Assembly: GCF_030144855.1 (NCBI RefSeq)
Contig: NC_082731.1
Span: 24,304,001-24,368,000 of the forward strand
Reading direction: 5' to 3'
Length of the DNA stretch: 64,000 bases
DNA from: Hypanus sabinus
Taxonomy: Eukaryota
Both the position numbers and the translations under genes were made by a program. Positions 26,171 through 39,204 of the stretch are shown here, one piece after another. Below the pieces are notes generated by a model. That model saw only the letters and a program-made list of their open reading frames with translations, was not told the origin of the DNA and ran no database searches. Within the stretch, counting starts at the first letter, position 1; each line of letters begins with the position of its first letter.

Positions 26171-26968
26171 ATTGGCAATATTTATTACATTTAACACATA
26201 AGTTTTTAAAATAAAGTGAACTCATGAACCCGGAAGAAGGAAGTGAGTTCAAGGAGAAACTGGAAGTCACGGTACTGCAATCATTGTTGTAGTTTCATAT
26301 AGGTCCATGAAATAAAACTATGCAAAACGCAAGCAAAAAGAGAAAAAAGAAAAAAGAAAAATCCCCCACCCTCCTCCCTCGAAACCCCAGGAAAAAAAGC
26401 CAAAAAGAGGCAAGCAGGCAGAAAAATTCTAAAATTACCCCCGTGTCTCAGGACGGCAACTCAGACAAAAAAAAATTGAAAAAATACGAACAACCCATAT
26501 TATAAGAAAGGGTTAATATAACAAAAGTTTAAATACAAAATTAGTATATATAACAATAGGTTTAAAAATTAAATTGATAAAACCCATAAATAATTAATAC
26601 TAAATTAGTATTTTAATTGAGAGTTCAAAACTTTCAAACTCATCAAAACGGATATGACGTTCCAAGTACTAGAGTCTGTTGGGAAGAAGAAACACCATTT
26701 TATTAATATTCTTTTTTAAATCTTAATATTTAAATGTTAAAAACATAATAAAGCTTATACAAACTTAAAAAAGGGAACTCTAATCATTTATTTCCAAGGT
26801 TAATAGATTAATAAAATATTAAAAAATAATAAAATCAGAATAAACAAAAAAGAGAAGTTTTACAATATATAAAAAAATACATGTCAGCCATACCTAAAAA
26901 AAAAACATCATTTTGTAAGAGATCGAAGTTTATAGACTAATTATTACATTAGTCAACCCGATAGAGTG

Positions 26969-27799
26969 TCATTGTTCCAAAAAACTTTGAGCGTCCGCTG
27001 GAGATTTAAACAGCCGAACAGTACCGTCGTCAGAAGTAACTCTCAGATGTGCTGGAAATAACAGCGCTTGCTTATAGCTTTTCTGGTGCAATTTCGACAT
27101 AACCGGGCTAAAAGGCATACTTGCCCTTAAAACTTCAGGGCTATAATCTTCCAAGATACGAAATTAAAATTCTTTAAAGTTAATCATACCCTTTTTCCGA
27201 ACCGCCCGAATCAGACCCTCTTTGGTATGAGGGTAATGGATCCGGAAAATTACATGTCGTGGTTTATCTGAATCAGAATGATAGCGAGAGATACGGTGTG
27301 TACGTTCGATTATTGGAAGAGAGTCCAGAACTTCTGAAACGAAGACATCCATTGGAAGTTTAGAAATGAAAACGGTAAAATCACCGCTCTCACATTTTTC
27401 CGGAATCACAATGAGCCGAAGATTTTGTCGTCGAGAGCGAATTTCAAGTTCAGTAATTTTAGATTTATAACGATCATTCTGTTGAGAATTCGAAGCTTGC
27501 TCTTGTTGCAAAGTTTCGATAATATGTTCTTTCTTGCGAGCGGCTTCTTCAAGTACCAAAATACTTGCAAGTTGTTTTTGTCGTTCCAGTGTAAGTGTTT
27601 TAAGTTCTCCTTCGAATGGTTTTAAACGCTCATCAAAGTCAAAAAGCTGTTCGGATATTTTTCTCTCCAGACCTGCAAATTTATCTTCTGTAAGCTTTAT
27701 GATTGATGAACACCTTATTCCGCTCCACCATCAGATTTATGAATGGAAAATGAATCCATGAAAATTACCTTGCTAGTTATTACTCTCCTTCTTACTCAT
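26969..27799 (-). pseudogene. L1 ORF1 (Transposase_22-like), frameshifted
   Basis: KITELEIRSRRQNLRLIVIPE...IERTHRI...PRHVIFRIH and EDYSPEV...ALLFPAHLRV are L1 ORF1p motifs. Confidence 0.88.
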
Positions 27800-28199
27800 G
27801 TCCTTGGCATATAACGTAAAAGGAATTAATAATAAAATAAACTAATATTGACAACTAAGGCTTAGGTGCTTTCAATATTCCTACGCACTACTTCTTGCCC
27901 ATGAGCCACTGTTCTATCCATGCAGGAATCTTTCGATAACACTACATGCTCGTTCATTTTTAGTAGCCTCATGAGTGGCATCGTTTCCATCGCCTTCTGT
28001 ATATCGAATTCCACAATTACCCTTTGTCTATTTTGCTTGTTATGTACTCCAACATTTTCAGCAGATATGTTAGGCGAGATTTTCCCTTGCGGAAACCTCC
28101 GTGAATATCATTAATTATATTATGTTCATTCAGAAATCTTGAAACCTCATAATTAATTATAGTCTCTAAAATACTAAAATATTCGCCGGAAATAGGGTC

Positions 28200-29200
28200 A
28201 GCTTCACTGGCAACAGTTTTCGTTCCTTTATGTCATTGCGTTCTTGAATAATGTAGTGACATTTGTAAGTCTCAAATATTCTGCAAACATTACATAATCT
28301 AGTGAGTCTTGAAAGACCAATACTAATAACTCCACGTAGTCTTCAGAGAAAACATTTAGAACTCCAGGGTGTACGTCATTTCGTCTAGATAACCTACTTA
28401 CACTTAGAACTTTTAGTTTCCAAATAACCTTCATTCTTTCTATGATAATTTCATACAGCATGAATACTAGCGGACTGTAAATTTCCACATACAGTTAGTG
28501 TATTCCACAGAGAAGACTGATGCAAAATTCTTTTCAGTTCGTCCGCCAAATTCGTTGCGCCCAATACCACATCTCCAGCATCGTTTCCCAGTGGTTCAAT
28601 ATGAACTTTCGCCTCTCTTTTATGTGCATCTGAAGAAACCTGTGGTAGTTGATTAACATTTTAGGCTAGCTTATTTTCGTTTTTAACATCATATGGATTT
28701 CTTTTGTTTTTTTTAATGGTTTCCTAGTACTCCAACTCCAAGCCCTTTTTTTCCAGTTATATGGCATACATTTGTCTGCTATGTTGATATTGGCATTTCT
28801 TGCTATCTACAGTTATGTCATCTTTCAATATAGAATATTTCTTAGGCTTTCGCCTGGATAGAAACTGTGCTTCCCTATTGCTTCCAGGTTTTCCAGCCAT
28901 TACAACACAGCTGCCATCCTTTGCGAATCATTTCCAACAAACTTTTCTTTCATGTCATAAATACTGACACATCTGACTTTGGCATCCAAACAATTCCGTG
29001 TCATTTCGATACTATTAGGCAAGTTCCACCCCTACCGATTTGCTAAGAACAGGTTCTTATTCAATCTTATTTCATTGCACAGCAACCAATCGAAAATAGC
29101 TGATACTCCACTGCTCTCATCCACAAGCAAATTAAAAAAAAATCGTTGCAACTCTGTTAGTTCCACTACGAACCCGAATTTCTGAATCTAACTGCAAACT
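28200..29200 (-). mobile_element. Old CR1 fragment
   Basis: ORF 28228-28488 (HPGVLNVFSEDYVELLVLVFQDSLD..LTNVTTLFK) plus FASVFSVE. Confidence 0.55.
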
Positions 29201-29439
29201 GAATTCCGCCATCGCTGGAGGAAATTTTCATTTTGAAAAATATTTTCGATCTTCCTTTGTCACTTGACGGCGGTATCCTTACCAGTGTTTGGGAGCGTGC
29301 ATAAAACACGAGGCTTGCAGTTCCTTACTTCAAGGCACAAGAAATACTTTCTGAACATATTTACGCAGAAGCACAGAAGCAAAGAAAACCTACAACACAT
29401 ATACAGGCTATTCCGCACACGAAATTGAGCCAAACGTGT

Positions 29440-30270
29440 CGATACCTTAGAAATTGCTAGGCATACTTACAGACCTCTATATTACTAAACTCCATGTATA
29501 CGTGTAAAATCCTTTTAGAAGATCCTAACGTGTCCACCTCCACCAAAGTTGCCGGCAACCCATTCCGGGTACACACGACACTTTAAGTAAAAAAAGCTTA
29601 CCCCTGAAATCTCCTCTGTACCTACTCCACAGTACATGACATCAGAACCCTCGGGTGACAACCTTTTCAGCCCTGGGAGAAAAGCCTCTGATTATCCTCA
29701 CGATCAACGCCTCTCATCATCTTGTACACTCCTATCAGATCAGCTGTCATACTCCTTCAGTCCAACGAGACAAGGCCGGGTTCGGTCAACCTCTTCTCAG
29801 AATACATGCTCCCCAATCCATGCAAAATACCAGTAAATCTGCTTTGCACCCTTTCTATGGCTTCCGCATCTTTCCTGCAGTGAGGCAATCAGAACTGAAC
29901 ATCGTATTGCAAGTTTGGTCTGACAGGGTCCTACATAGCTGCATAATTGCTTTTTGGCATGTAATTTCAATTCCATGATTGATGAAGGCCAGTACACAAT
30001 ACGCGTTCTTAACCGCAGAGTCAACTTGCGCAGCAGCTTTGAGCGTTCTATGGACTTGGACCCCAAGATCACTCTGAACCTCGACACTGCCAAGAGACCT
30101 ACCACTGATTTTATATTCCCCCATCATATTTGACCTACAAAAAAGAACCACTTCAGACTTACCTGGGTGGACCTCCATCTGCACGTCTCAGCCCAGATTT
30201 GCGTCCTATCAATGTACTTCTGTTACCTCCAACTTCCCTCTAAACTATCCACAGCAACTTCAACCTTTGT
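29440..30270 (-). mobile_element. CR1 3' fragment
   Basis: ORF 29855-30184 (QMEVHPGKSEVVLF...SDLGVQVHRTLK..AFINHGIE). Confidence 0.8.
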
Positions 30271-30459
30271 GTCATCAATCTACCTGTTTCCTCATTCTGT
30301 CGATTTTATTTAATATTTATGTTACCAACAGAGCAACGCCTCTCACTTTGCTTTCCTACCAGTCTTTCCAGAATAATGCGTATCGTTGCATATTTCCAAG
30401 ATTCCCAGATATTTCCAAGAGTGTTATTCCTTCAGAGGTTTGAACATGGCAAGACCGCG

Positions 30460-31495
30460 CATACGCGAGTTAAGACCCGTCTGTCTTATTTCAATGGTTG
30501 GTAAATTGATGGAGAAGATGCTGAGGGGCAGGATTTATGAACATTTGGAGAGGCATAATATGATTAGTTACAGTAAACATGACGTTGACTAAGACCCGTT
30601 GTGCCTTACAAACCTAATAGTATCTTTTGAGGATGTAACAAAACACGTCGATGAAGGTAGAGCCGTGGATGTAATGTATATGGATTTCAGCAAGCCATTT
30701 CATAAGGTACTCCATGCGAGGCTTATTGAGAAAGTAAGGAGCAATGGGATCCAAGGGGACATTGCTCTGTTGATGCAGAACTCGATTTGCCCTAGGAGAC
30801 AAAGTGTATTTATATATCCGTCACATTGAGATGGAAGTCGGTCACCAGTGATGTGCCTCAGGGATCTTTTCTGGGACCCTACATTTCGTGATTTTTTTAT
30901 AAGTGACCTGGTGAGAGTGGAGTATTGGCTTAGTAAATCCGCTAATGGCACTGAGGTGCCGGAGTTATGAGTAGAGTGAAAGGATGTCAGAGATTACAGT
31001 GTGACATTAATAGGACGCAAAACAGGGATGAGAAGTTTTAGATGGAGGTCAACTCAGATAACCGTGAGCTGGTTCAGTTTGATGGGTCAAATATGATGGC
31101 AAATTATAGGATTATTTCTCAGACTCTTAGCAGTGTGGATGGTCAGAGGTAAATAGGTTTCCGTATGCATAGGACTCTCAAAGCTGCGACGCAGGTTGAC
31201 TCTGTGGTTACGAATTTATCCGTGCATTGGGCTTCACCAACTGTGGAACTGTGTTTAGGAGTGCAGACGTAATGTCGCAGCTTTACAGGACCCTGTTTCG
31301 ATCCCACTTAGAGTATTGGGCTCATTTCATGTTGCCCCAGTACAGGAACGACGTGGAAAACATAGAAAGGGTACAGAGAATATTTACGAGGATGTTGCCC
31401 GTAGTGGAGAGCATATCTTAAGAGAATAGCTTGTGTGAAATCGGACTTTTCTCCGAGGAGCAGCGAAAGATTAAAGGTGACCTGATAGACGTGCA
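30460..31495 (+). mobile_element. CR1 RT fragment
   Basis: LRPVCLISMVGKLMEKML, CLTNLIVSFEDVT...VDVMYMDFSKPFHKV, LYRTLFRSHLEY. Confidence 0.85.
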
Positions 31496-32330
31496 CCTCT
31501 TCCATTTTACTACCTGTGTCATTAGCACCAATATGTACCACGACCTCTGGCTGCTCTCCCCTCCACCACAGGATAACTAGGACGTGATCAGAAACATCTC
31601 GGAACCTAGCACATGGGAGGCAAACTACCATCCGAGTTTCTTTCCTGCGTCCACAGAATTGCCTGTCTGAACTCCTGATTACAGAGTCCCCTATCACTAG
31701 TGCCTTCCCATTCCTTTCCCTACCCTTCTGGGCCACAGGACAGAATCTGTGCCAGAGGCACAGCCGCACGGCAATGTCGATTCCCCTAGGTAGGCTGCAC
31801 CCCAACTTGTTGTCAAGGGGTACAGCCACAAGGGTACTCTCTATTAGCTGACTATTCCCTTTCCTTCTACTGACTGTGAATCAATTATCTGTGCCCCGTG
31901 GCCCAGAAATGACCAACAGTCTGTAACTCCTCTTTATAACCTCACTCTCCCTGACCATACGAAAGCCATTCAGCTGCAGCTCCAGTTCCTTAACAAGTTC
32001 CCTTAGGAGTTACATCTGAATTAATCTGGTGCTGATGTCGTAGTCGGGGTCACCGGGAGCCTCCAGAACTTCTCACATCTGACACCAACCGCAGAAAACT
32101 GGCCACACACACTTACTAACTCCTATTGCAATCAATCTCTTCCCGTTATCACCAAAGCCTTTTCACTCTGCTGCCTCTCACTCCACTGTCAATTGGAAAT
32201 GAATGCCTTCATTTTAAACAGTTCACGCTCAACTGGCTGACGCCACGCACTTGCTCATGTCTGGGCTCTCTTCCTACGAGAACACAAAAAGTCTTCACGC
32301 TGGAAATCCTTAGGTGCTCTCCCGCTGTTC
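31495..32330 (-). mobile_element. CR1 5' region with ORF1 esterase (SGNH-like) domain
   Basis: ORF 31308-31829 contains ALVIGDSVIR...VCLPCAR..DV...VVVHIGAND, the GDS and GxND blocks of CR1 ORF1 esterase. Confidence 0.8.
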
Positions 32331-32659
32331 CGTATTAAATTCGAATCATGAGTAAGCTCTTTTATGCAGAGAGTGGTGAGTGTGAGGAATGAGCTGCCGT
32401 TCGTGCAGGTGGAGGCGGAAATGTAAGGGTATCTTACGAGTCACCTACATCGGTGCATGGAGCTTACAAGCGAACGGACAATGAGTACGTCTACGTAGGT
32501 CAAATGTAAGGACATGTTGGGCAACGCTTTGTGGGTCGAAGAACGTCTATTGTGCTACATGTTTTCTATGTTTTTTTTTTCGATTCTGTTTTTCTATATA
32601 ATATTTAAGCCATTTAACGGTAAAGTTTTGATGGTACCGTATATTTATGCTCCTGTTAG

Positions 32660-34560
32660 GTGAAAATGAAAGGTTAAAAGTTTGAGAGAGCCATGGTTTT
32701 CAAGGAATATTTGAAACTTGGTTAGGAAAAAGAAAGATATCTGCAAGAAATATAGGCAGCATGGAGTAAATGAGGTGCTCGAGGAATATACAGAATGTAA
32801 AAAGAATCTTATGAAAGTAATTAGAAAAGATAAAAGAAGATACAAGGTTGTTTTGGCAAGTGAGGTGAAAATAAATCCGAAGGTTTTCTACTGTTATATT
32901 AATCGCAAAAGGATGGTGAGGGTTAAATTGGACCTCAGAAAATCAGAGTGGATAGGTATGTGTGGAGCCAAAAGAGATGGTGGAGATTTTGATCAATATC
33001 GTTTCATCGGAATTCCTAAGGAGAACGATATTGAACTGTGTAAGTTAAGGGGAAAACATTGGAAAGTTATGAAAACTTCGACGTTTAACGTGGAGGAAGT
33101 ACTGCGCTTTTAAGGAATATAAAATTGGATAAATGTACGGATCCTGACAGGATATTCCCTAGGACCTTAAGGTGGCTAGTGTAGAAATAGCAGGGACACT
33201 AACAGAAATATTTCAAATTACATTAGAAACACGGATCGTGCCCGAGGATTGGCGTATTGCTCATGTGGTTCATTTGTTTTGAAGAGGTTCAAAGAGTAAA
33301 CCTAGCAATTATAGGCCTGTCCATTTGACGTCAGTGTTGGTAAATTTATGTAAAGTTTTCTTAGAAATGGTAAATATATTTATCTGGAAAGACAGCGTCG
33401 GATTAGGAACAGTCAACATAGATTTGTGTTGGAAGGTTATGTTTGAGAGATCTTATTCGTTTTTCTGAAGATGTTACGTGGAAAGTTGAAGAGGGTAAAA
33501 AAAGTGGATGTCGTCTATATGGACTTCAGTAAGGTCTTTGACAATGTTCCGTACGGAAGGTTAGTTCGAAAGGTTCAATCGTTAGGTATGAATATTGAAG
33601 TAGTAAAATGGAAACAACTGTGGCTGGATGAGTGATGCCAGTGAGTAGTGGTGGATATTGAAGTCGGTTTAAAAAACAATTGAGAGAGATTTAGGCCAGT
33701 TAGAAGAGTTGGCTGAACGATAGCAGATGGAGTTTAATGCTGGTAAGTGGCAGGTGCTACATTTTGATCGGAATAATCCAAATTGGACATACACGGTAAA
33801 TGATAGGCCATTGAAGAATGCAGTAGAACAGATTGATCTAGGAATATTTTTGGATTGTTCCCTGAAGGTGGAATCTCATGTGGATAGGGTGGTGAAGAAA
33901 GCTTTTGGTATGTTGGACTTTATAAATCAGAGCATTGAATATAGGAGATGGGATGTAAAGTTAAAATTGTACAAGGAATTGGTAAGGCCGAATTTGGCGT
34001 ATTCTGTATAGTTCTAGTCTCCGTATTATAGGAAAGATGGAAGCAAAATAGAAAGAGTACAGAGAAGATTTACTAGACTGTTACCTGGAATTCAGGACCT
34101 AAGCAACAGGGAAGGATTGAATAAGTTAGATATTTGATCTTTAGAGCTTGGAACGTTGAGAGCTGACTTGATAGAGGTATTTTAAATCATGTGGTGGACA
34201 AATAGAATTGACCTGCATAGGCTTTTTCCATTGAGTGCGTAGGGGAGTTTCAAACAAGTGGACATGAGTTGAGAGTTAGTGGTCAAAAGTTTAAGGGTAT
34301 CACGAATGGGGAATTTATTTACTCAAACAGTGGTAGCTGTGTGGAACGAGCCTCCAGTAGAAGTGGTTGAGGCAGTTTCGGTATTGTTATTTCATGTGAA
34401 ATTGGACAGGTATCTGGACAGGAAAGAAATGAAGGGTTTTGGACTGAGTGTGGGTCAGTGGGACAAGGACACCGCAAGCGTTCGCCACGGACTAGAACGG
34501 CCGAGTTGGGCAGCTTCCGTGCTGTAATTATTATATGTTTATCTGGTTATATGGTTAAGT
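32660..34560 (+). mobile_element. CR1 LINE (RT to 3' end), same family as 3085-3910
   Basis: ORFs 32718-33113, 33727-34011 and 34279-34527, with the same TTATATGG-type tail. Confidence 0.88.
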
Positions 34561-34649
34561 CACGTTTCAATATTTTTGCCTATTTCAAATAGCTCAAGGA
34601 ATTAGTCGCAAAGTGCTTAACCTTTTGAGTCACAAGGTTGTCTGAGATC

Positions 34650-34910
34650 CCACTTACATCAGCCTGCCAGCCTCTCCACTACGTTTTCTGTTTCTCTGTT
34701 TCCATTCTGCCTGCAGCTCCGGTTTAAACCCCACCGGACAAAAGTAATAAAGCTGACCACTAGGATTTAAGCAATCCTTTAGTTCAGGTAAATGCCATCC
34801 CTGATGAGTGACGTAGGTACACCATGTCGACTGTTTATCCCTTTCCATAAATGCGGCCTGGTCTGCAGTGTTCCTCCAGCATTTCCTGTGTGTAATTTTG
34901 AGCAGAGAGA
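34650..34910 (+). mobile_element. Penelope-type terminal repeat or SINE-like fragment
   Basis: The CCTGATGA...GTCGACTGTTTATCCCTTTCCATAAATGCGGCCTGG..TCCTCCAGCATT pattern resembles the ends of the elements at 52.5 and 57.2 kb. Confidence 0.45.
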
Positions 34911-37041
34911 CCTCATAGCTCATTTTATTCTTCTCCGTTTTATATTTCTCCTTTGGAATTTCACATTAGGTGTAAGCCTCTGCTCATCCCACATCACGAA
35001 GTGAAAGTCAATGTTTCGGCTGCAATACAGGTTGACGAGGGAGGTCAACAGCAATTTCTACAAGCATAAAGGACTTAGGCATTTGCTATGAAGTGGAAGC
35101 GGTGTGATTCCTTCTTCTGCGAGTTGTGAGTTTGGCTCTCAATTCCAGTCCTCTTCTTCAAAATGAAATCGCTGAAGCTAGTTCTTCCCTTAATTCGGCC
35201 CTTTAGCATTGTTAATAATATGAATCTTGTAGCTTCGAAATAATATCTTCCCAGAGTTCGCCAAATCTATCCAAAAGTTCATGTTTCAAATCTTGCACCC
35301 TTACTCCTAATCATTTACACCCTGCTCCTGAAGCTACCATTTCTGCTTGAATAATACATAAAACACTCTGTCCGCAAATTTCTTAACTGCTGACAAGTTC
35401 GACCCGAATGGCCCTCTGCCACCAGAAGGGGGCTTGAGATGAGTGTGTGGAGTTCTGAGGATGAGTCTGCCACAACCAAAGGTCGTTTTGTGGAAGTGGA
35501 GTCCAACTGTTCTCTCAGCTTTCGTTGCTTCTTTATCGACCTCCAGACCCCAGAGATCGAGAGAATGTCTTCAATGGAATGTCATGCTCATCCATTGATT
35601 ACATCTTTTTTTCTTCAGTAACGTGCTCTTCATATTTCTTTGTTGTGCTTTCATCTGAGCTTAGTGCTTTGCATGTTTGTCAGTATTGAAAATCCTCACA
35701 TGTTACGCTAATTCAAGATTTTTCAATTGAAATATATGAGTGGAAGATATAATATATCTTTTATGTACTCGTTTGTAATTTAAGTCTGCTGATCTTCGTT
35801 CTCCTTCGGTTCTCGGCACTGCAGATTTAATTGCGTTCGTGTACAGTGTATTCACTAAAATTTGCCAGTTTGAGAGTTAGCCAGATTGGTTTCAATTCAA
35901 AAAAAAAATGCCAGGTGAATTCGTTAATATTAACAAATCAAATGTGTTCGTTGCCATTGCTCTGATCAAATACTGAGCAATATTTTGCAGATTGTCCTTC
36001 GATAAAATTAATTCTACAGATATTTTCGAATCATCGCAAGCTGATATCTTTTAATTTCTTATTGTTATTCCCTAAAATTGGTAACTTTGTATTAATACAT
36101 CCATTGTATTGTTTTCTCCTCATCCGCTAGCTCTTTTGTCCTCCTGTTATGATTAATATTCTGCCGTCTTTGCGTTCAAAATTCAGGTTTACATCTGTAA
36201 GGTGTGGGAACATTTCCACTTTTAAACAAATGTTTTCCAAAGGGACGTTTTATAACTTATCTGTCTTTTAGACATATTTTTTCATGAATTGTTCGACTTT
36301 GCAGTAATCGAAAAGCTTAAAATTCCGCTGCAATGCCCCATCATTGAGTTGCCCCTTGGTTAATAAAAACTGATCTGAGCATCGTTCTGCTGCGTTCATT
36401 GTTGCACGTTTCTGTTAACATAAATAAGTTGTTGTTTTTCTATTTGTATCACCGAGCACCGGAATTCAGGCTGTGATATTGTCAGTTTACAGCCGCTAGG
36501 GGAGATGATTTCGATCAGGCAACTTCACTGGGAGAGCGTGGCGCGGCGTACAAGCTACAGGCGGTGTCGTACACCATTGTTTCGCTGTCTGAACACATGC
36601 TCTGTTGAAGTAGACAGCAAATATCTGCGGCATTCATGACTCGGGAATTCATATTTATTTTTGTAGCTGTATCTTAATGACATTGCCATGTTTTTGTTAT
36701 TTTGCATGTGTACTGTGAGCTGTGTAAGTCTTGATGCTGTATTTACAACAATAGCTCCTTGGAAACACTGTAGCATTTCGTTTGGCTATATTTATTGGAT
36801 CTCAAACAGAATTGATTGGCAATTAAACTTTAAATGTATTGAATTCAGCTATAATTCGCTTAGTTTTGCCTATTTTCTTCCGGGAGAGTGATTTAGAGTT
36901 CTGATTTAAAGCTGGACTAAACAATAGCTGCTCTGAGAAAAGAACTTAAAAAAAGCTTTATTTTAAGTTGATATTTCTATTATTTTTTTTCGTCCTTAAT
37001 TGTTACTAAATGCGGTAATTATAGTATATAAATCTTCACAG

Positions 37042-37350
37042 ATTCTGTTAAATATTGGACAGTGTATGATGCTGTTTTTATATATCAACAGCTCAGGTTA
37101 CCCATGAGCGTGGGACGGGGTCAAATACTTTTTGGGCTGCAAAATCACGATGTGACAGTTACAGGTTTTTTTGTCAGGATGATTTGGAATTACAGATTTT
37201 ATTATGAAACCCAGTGTTTGTCGCATATTTATTATGAAAGGACACATATATCACCAGCTTCCAATAATTACAGGGTACAACAAATATTTTGCTTCATGAA
37301 TTATTTTGGGTTTAACTTAAGGGGTTTGGTCCGATTATCATGAGAAACCA
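37042..37350 (+). pseudogene. Possible decayed V-segment relic (IgH-like or TCR-gamma-like)
   Basis: Acceptor TCTTCACAG at 37033-37041 in phase 1 with a roughly 100-codon open frame: LPMSVGRGQ...TVTGFFVRMIWNYR...LSHIYYERTHISPA. GCKIT lies in an adjacent frame at the expected Cys position. The YYC and RSS are not preserved. Confidence 0.35.
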
Positions 37351-37649
37351 CACAGAATTCCCCTTCAATCTGTCAATAACAGTGTTGTAGTCTAAACCAA
37401 AGGTGGCAATGCATCAGCATTTCCGAGGGTCATTTAAAATCTGGCGAAATGGTGAAATACACAACTACTTATTCAAGTGAGCGATAAGAATTCCAAAAGT
37501 ACAAACACAAAACTGGAAGAAGAAACATCCCGTTTCAAGACCTTTCAAACAGAATTTAAATCGAAGAGGCTTCATCCGCAGGTGCTTCGAAGTGGGAAAC
37601 ACAAATATAAAAATTATACGAACGACGATCAAACAAATATTTTTGCCGT

Positions 37650-38510
37650 TGTTACGTATTCAGGAAACAACAAATACATGTGTTCGGCAAGGGTTTTATA
37701 TAACAAACAACACGATTATTAAACACAGAAAACAAACCCCGAAAAAGTAAACAAACACTAACGTAACCGGAAACCAACTGCGGTGCGGCAGACCAAACAG
37801 TTCTTAAAGCGATATTGCAAAAACAGTTCTTTAAAGTGGTATCGCCAAAAGTTCGATATGCTCACAGTCCATTTAAAAAAGGAGAGACTTTATAGGACGA
37901 TTCAAAGTCTCCTTCACGTCGCTTGCTTCGATCCCCGACGTCGAACTTCCAACGAAGAATTTACGAAAAGAAAAGGCTTAAAGGCACTGACCTTTCCTTC
38001 CTCACTACCTTCAATCCATTCTGGTTAAACCTAGGGATTAACACGAAGGTAGTCAACGAAATCCTTCCAAATAAGAACGAAACAAAGGTCGAAACCAGTT
38101 TCACCGTAGAAAGCGATTCTCCTCGATCTTTAACACCCGAACTTTGATCTTCACTCTCCACTGACTCGAACTTGCAGAATCGTAAAGAACCTGCTGGCAA
38201 TAACCTCTTAAACTTTAGGCATTAAATAAAACTTCCTCTTTCAACTAAACTTAAACTTAAATCAATTAAACTTAAATCACTTAAATCACGCATTGGCATG
38301 AAGTCAACCTGGCAAATCCAGCCACGAACTGCCCCTCCTCACAGGGTGGGGTCTACCTTTTATAACCTATAAAAAATACCTGTCACATGATCTCTGCTGG
38401 AGGGAAAATGACGTTACTCCACCATCACAAGACCATCACCTCGTCCAGTATAGCTTCAACCACAGTCACGTGACAGGGGCACCACTGACATGTGTCACGA
38501 GTACCTAACA
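37650..38510 (-). repeat. 3' LTR (861 bp)
   Basis: Direct repeat of 41452-42294. On the minus strand it is preceded by the polypurine tract GGAGGGAGG (38511-38519). Confidence 0.95.
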
Positions 38511-38699
38511 CCTCCCTCCAAAAAAAACATTTTTGGTCTAACAAGAACAAAAATTTTTAACATTTGCTTACAAGAAAAACAAAGGTATAAATTTTATAAC
38601 GTATACAATACACAACACCATCATATAACAGCTTATAACTCACAATACAGTAGGAGGGTTACAATTGATAAAAAAACTACTCCATAAAAACAAATTGCA

Positions 38700-39166
38700 G
38701 TGTACATTCAACATCGACATAGACAATCAGCAACCACATTATCTTTACCTTTAATATGAGTTATCACAACATTGTACTCTTGTAACTTCAAACTTCAGTT
38801 TAATAATCTTCTGTTTTTGTCTTTCATCTTACTCAGAAAAACTAACGGATTATGATCAGTGTAAACAATAAGTGGATTTTGAGTTGTACCAACATACACC
38901 TCAAAATATTCCAAAGCTAAAACAAGAGGTAATAATTATTTCTCTATTGTTGAATAGTTTCTTTGATGCTTATTAAATTTCTTAGAAAAGTAAGCTACTG
39001 GATGATCAATCTCATCACGCCCATTCCTTTGCATTAATACTGCTCCTGCAGCCTCATCACTAGCATCCACAGCCAATGAAAAAGGTTTTTCAAATTCAGG
39101 TGCCTTAAGCACAGGTTGTTGACTTATCATTGTTTTCAATTTTTGAAATGCTTCTTGACAAGGCAC
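38700..39166 (-). pseudogene. RNase H domain
   Basis: LAVDASDEAAGAVLMQ...YFSKKFNKHQRNYSTIEK, then YTDHNPL and KGKDNVVADCLSR. Confidence 0.9.
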
Positions 39167-39204
39167 CGTCCATACAAACTTCTCATTCTTCTGCAGAAGG
39201 TTAG

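Larger units (their letters stand above)
22064..27840 (-). mobile_element. Near full-length L1 LINE (inactivated)
   Basis: ORF1, a roughly 790-bp AT-rich spacer, ORF2 with EN, RT and a C-terminal Cys/His motif, then a 3' UTR with AATAAA and an A-rich tail near 22064-22095. Confidence 0.93.

Noticed and set aside
36440-36620. Minus-strand KLTISQPE and PDR motifs resembling V FR3
   Set aside because: There is no YYC or RSS, and the motifs are too short.
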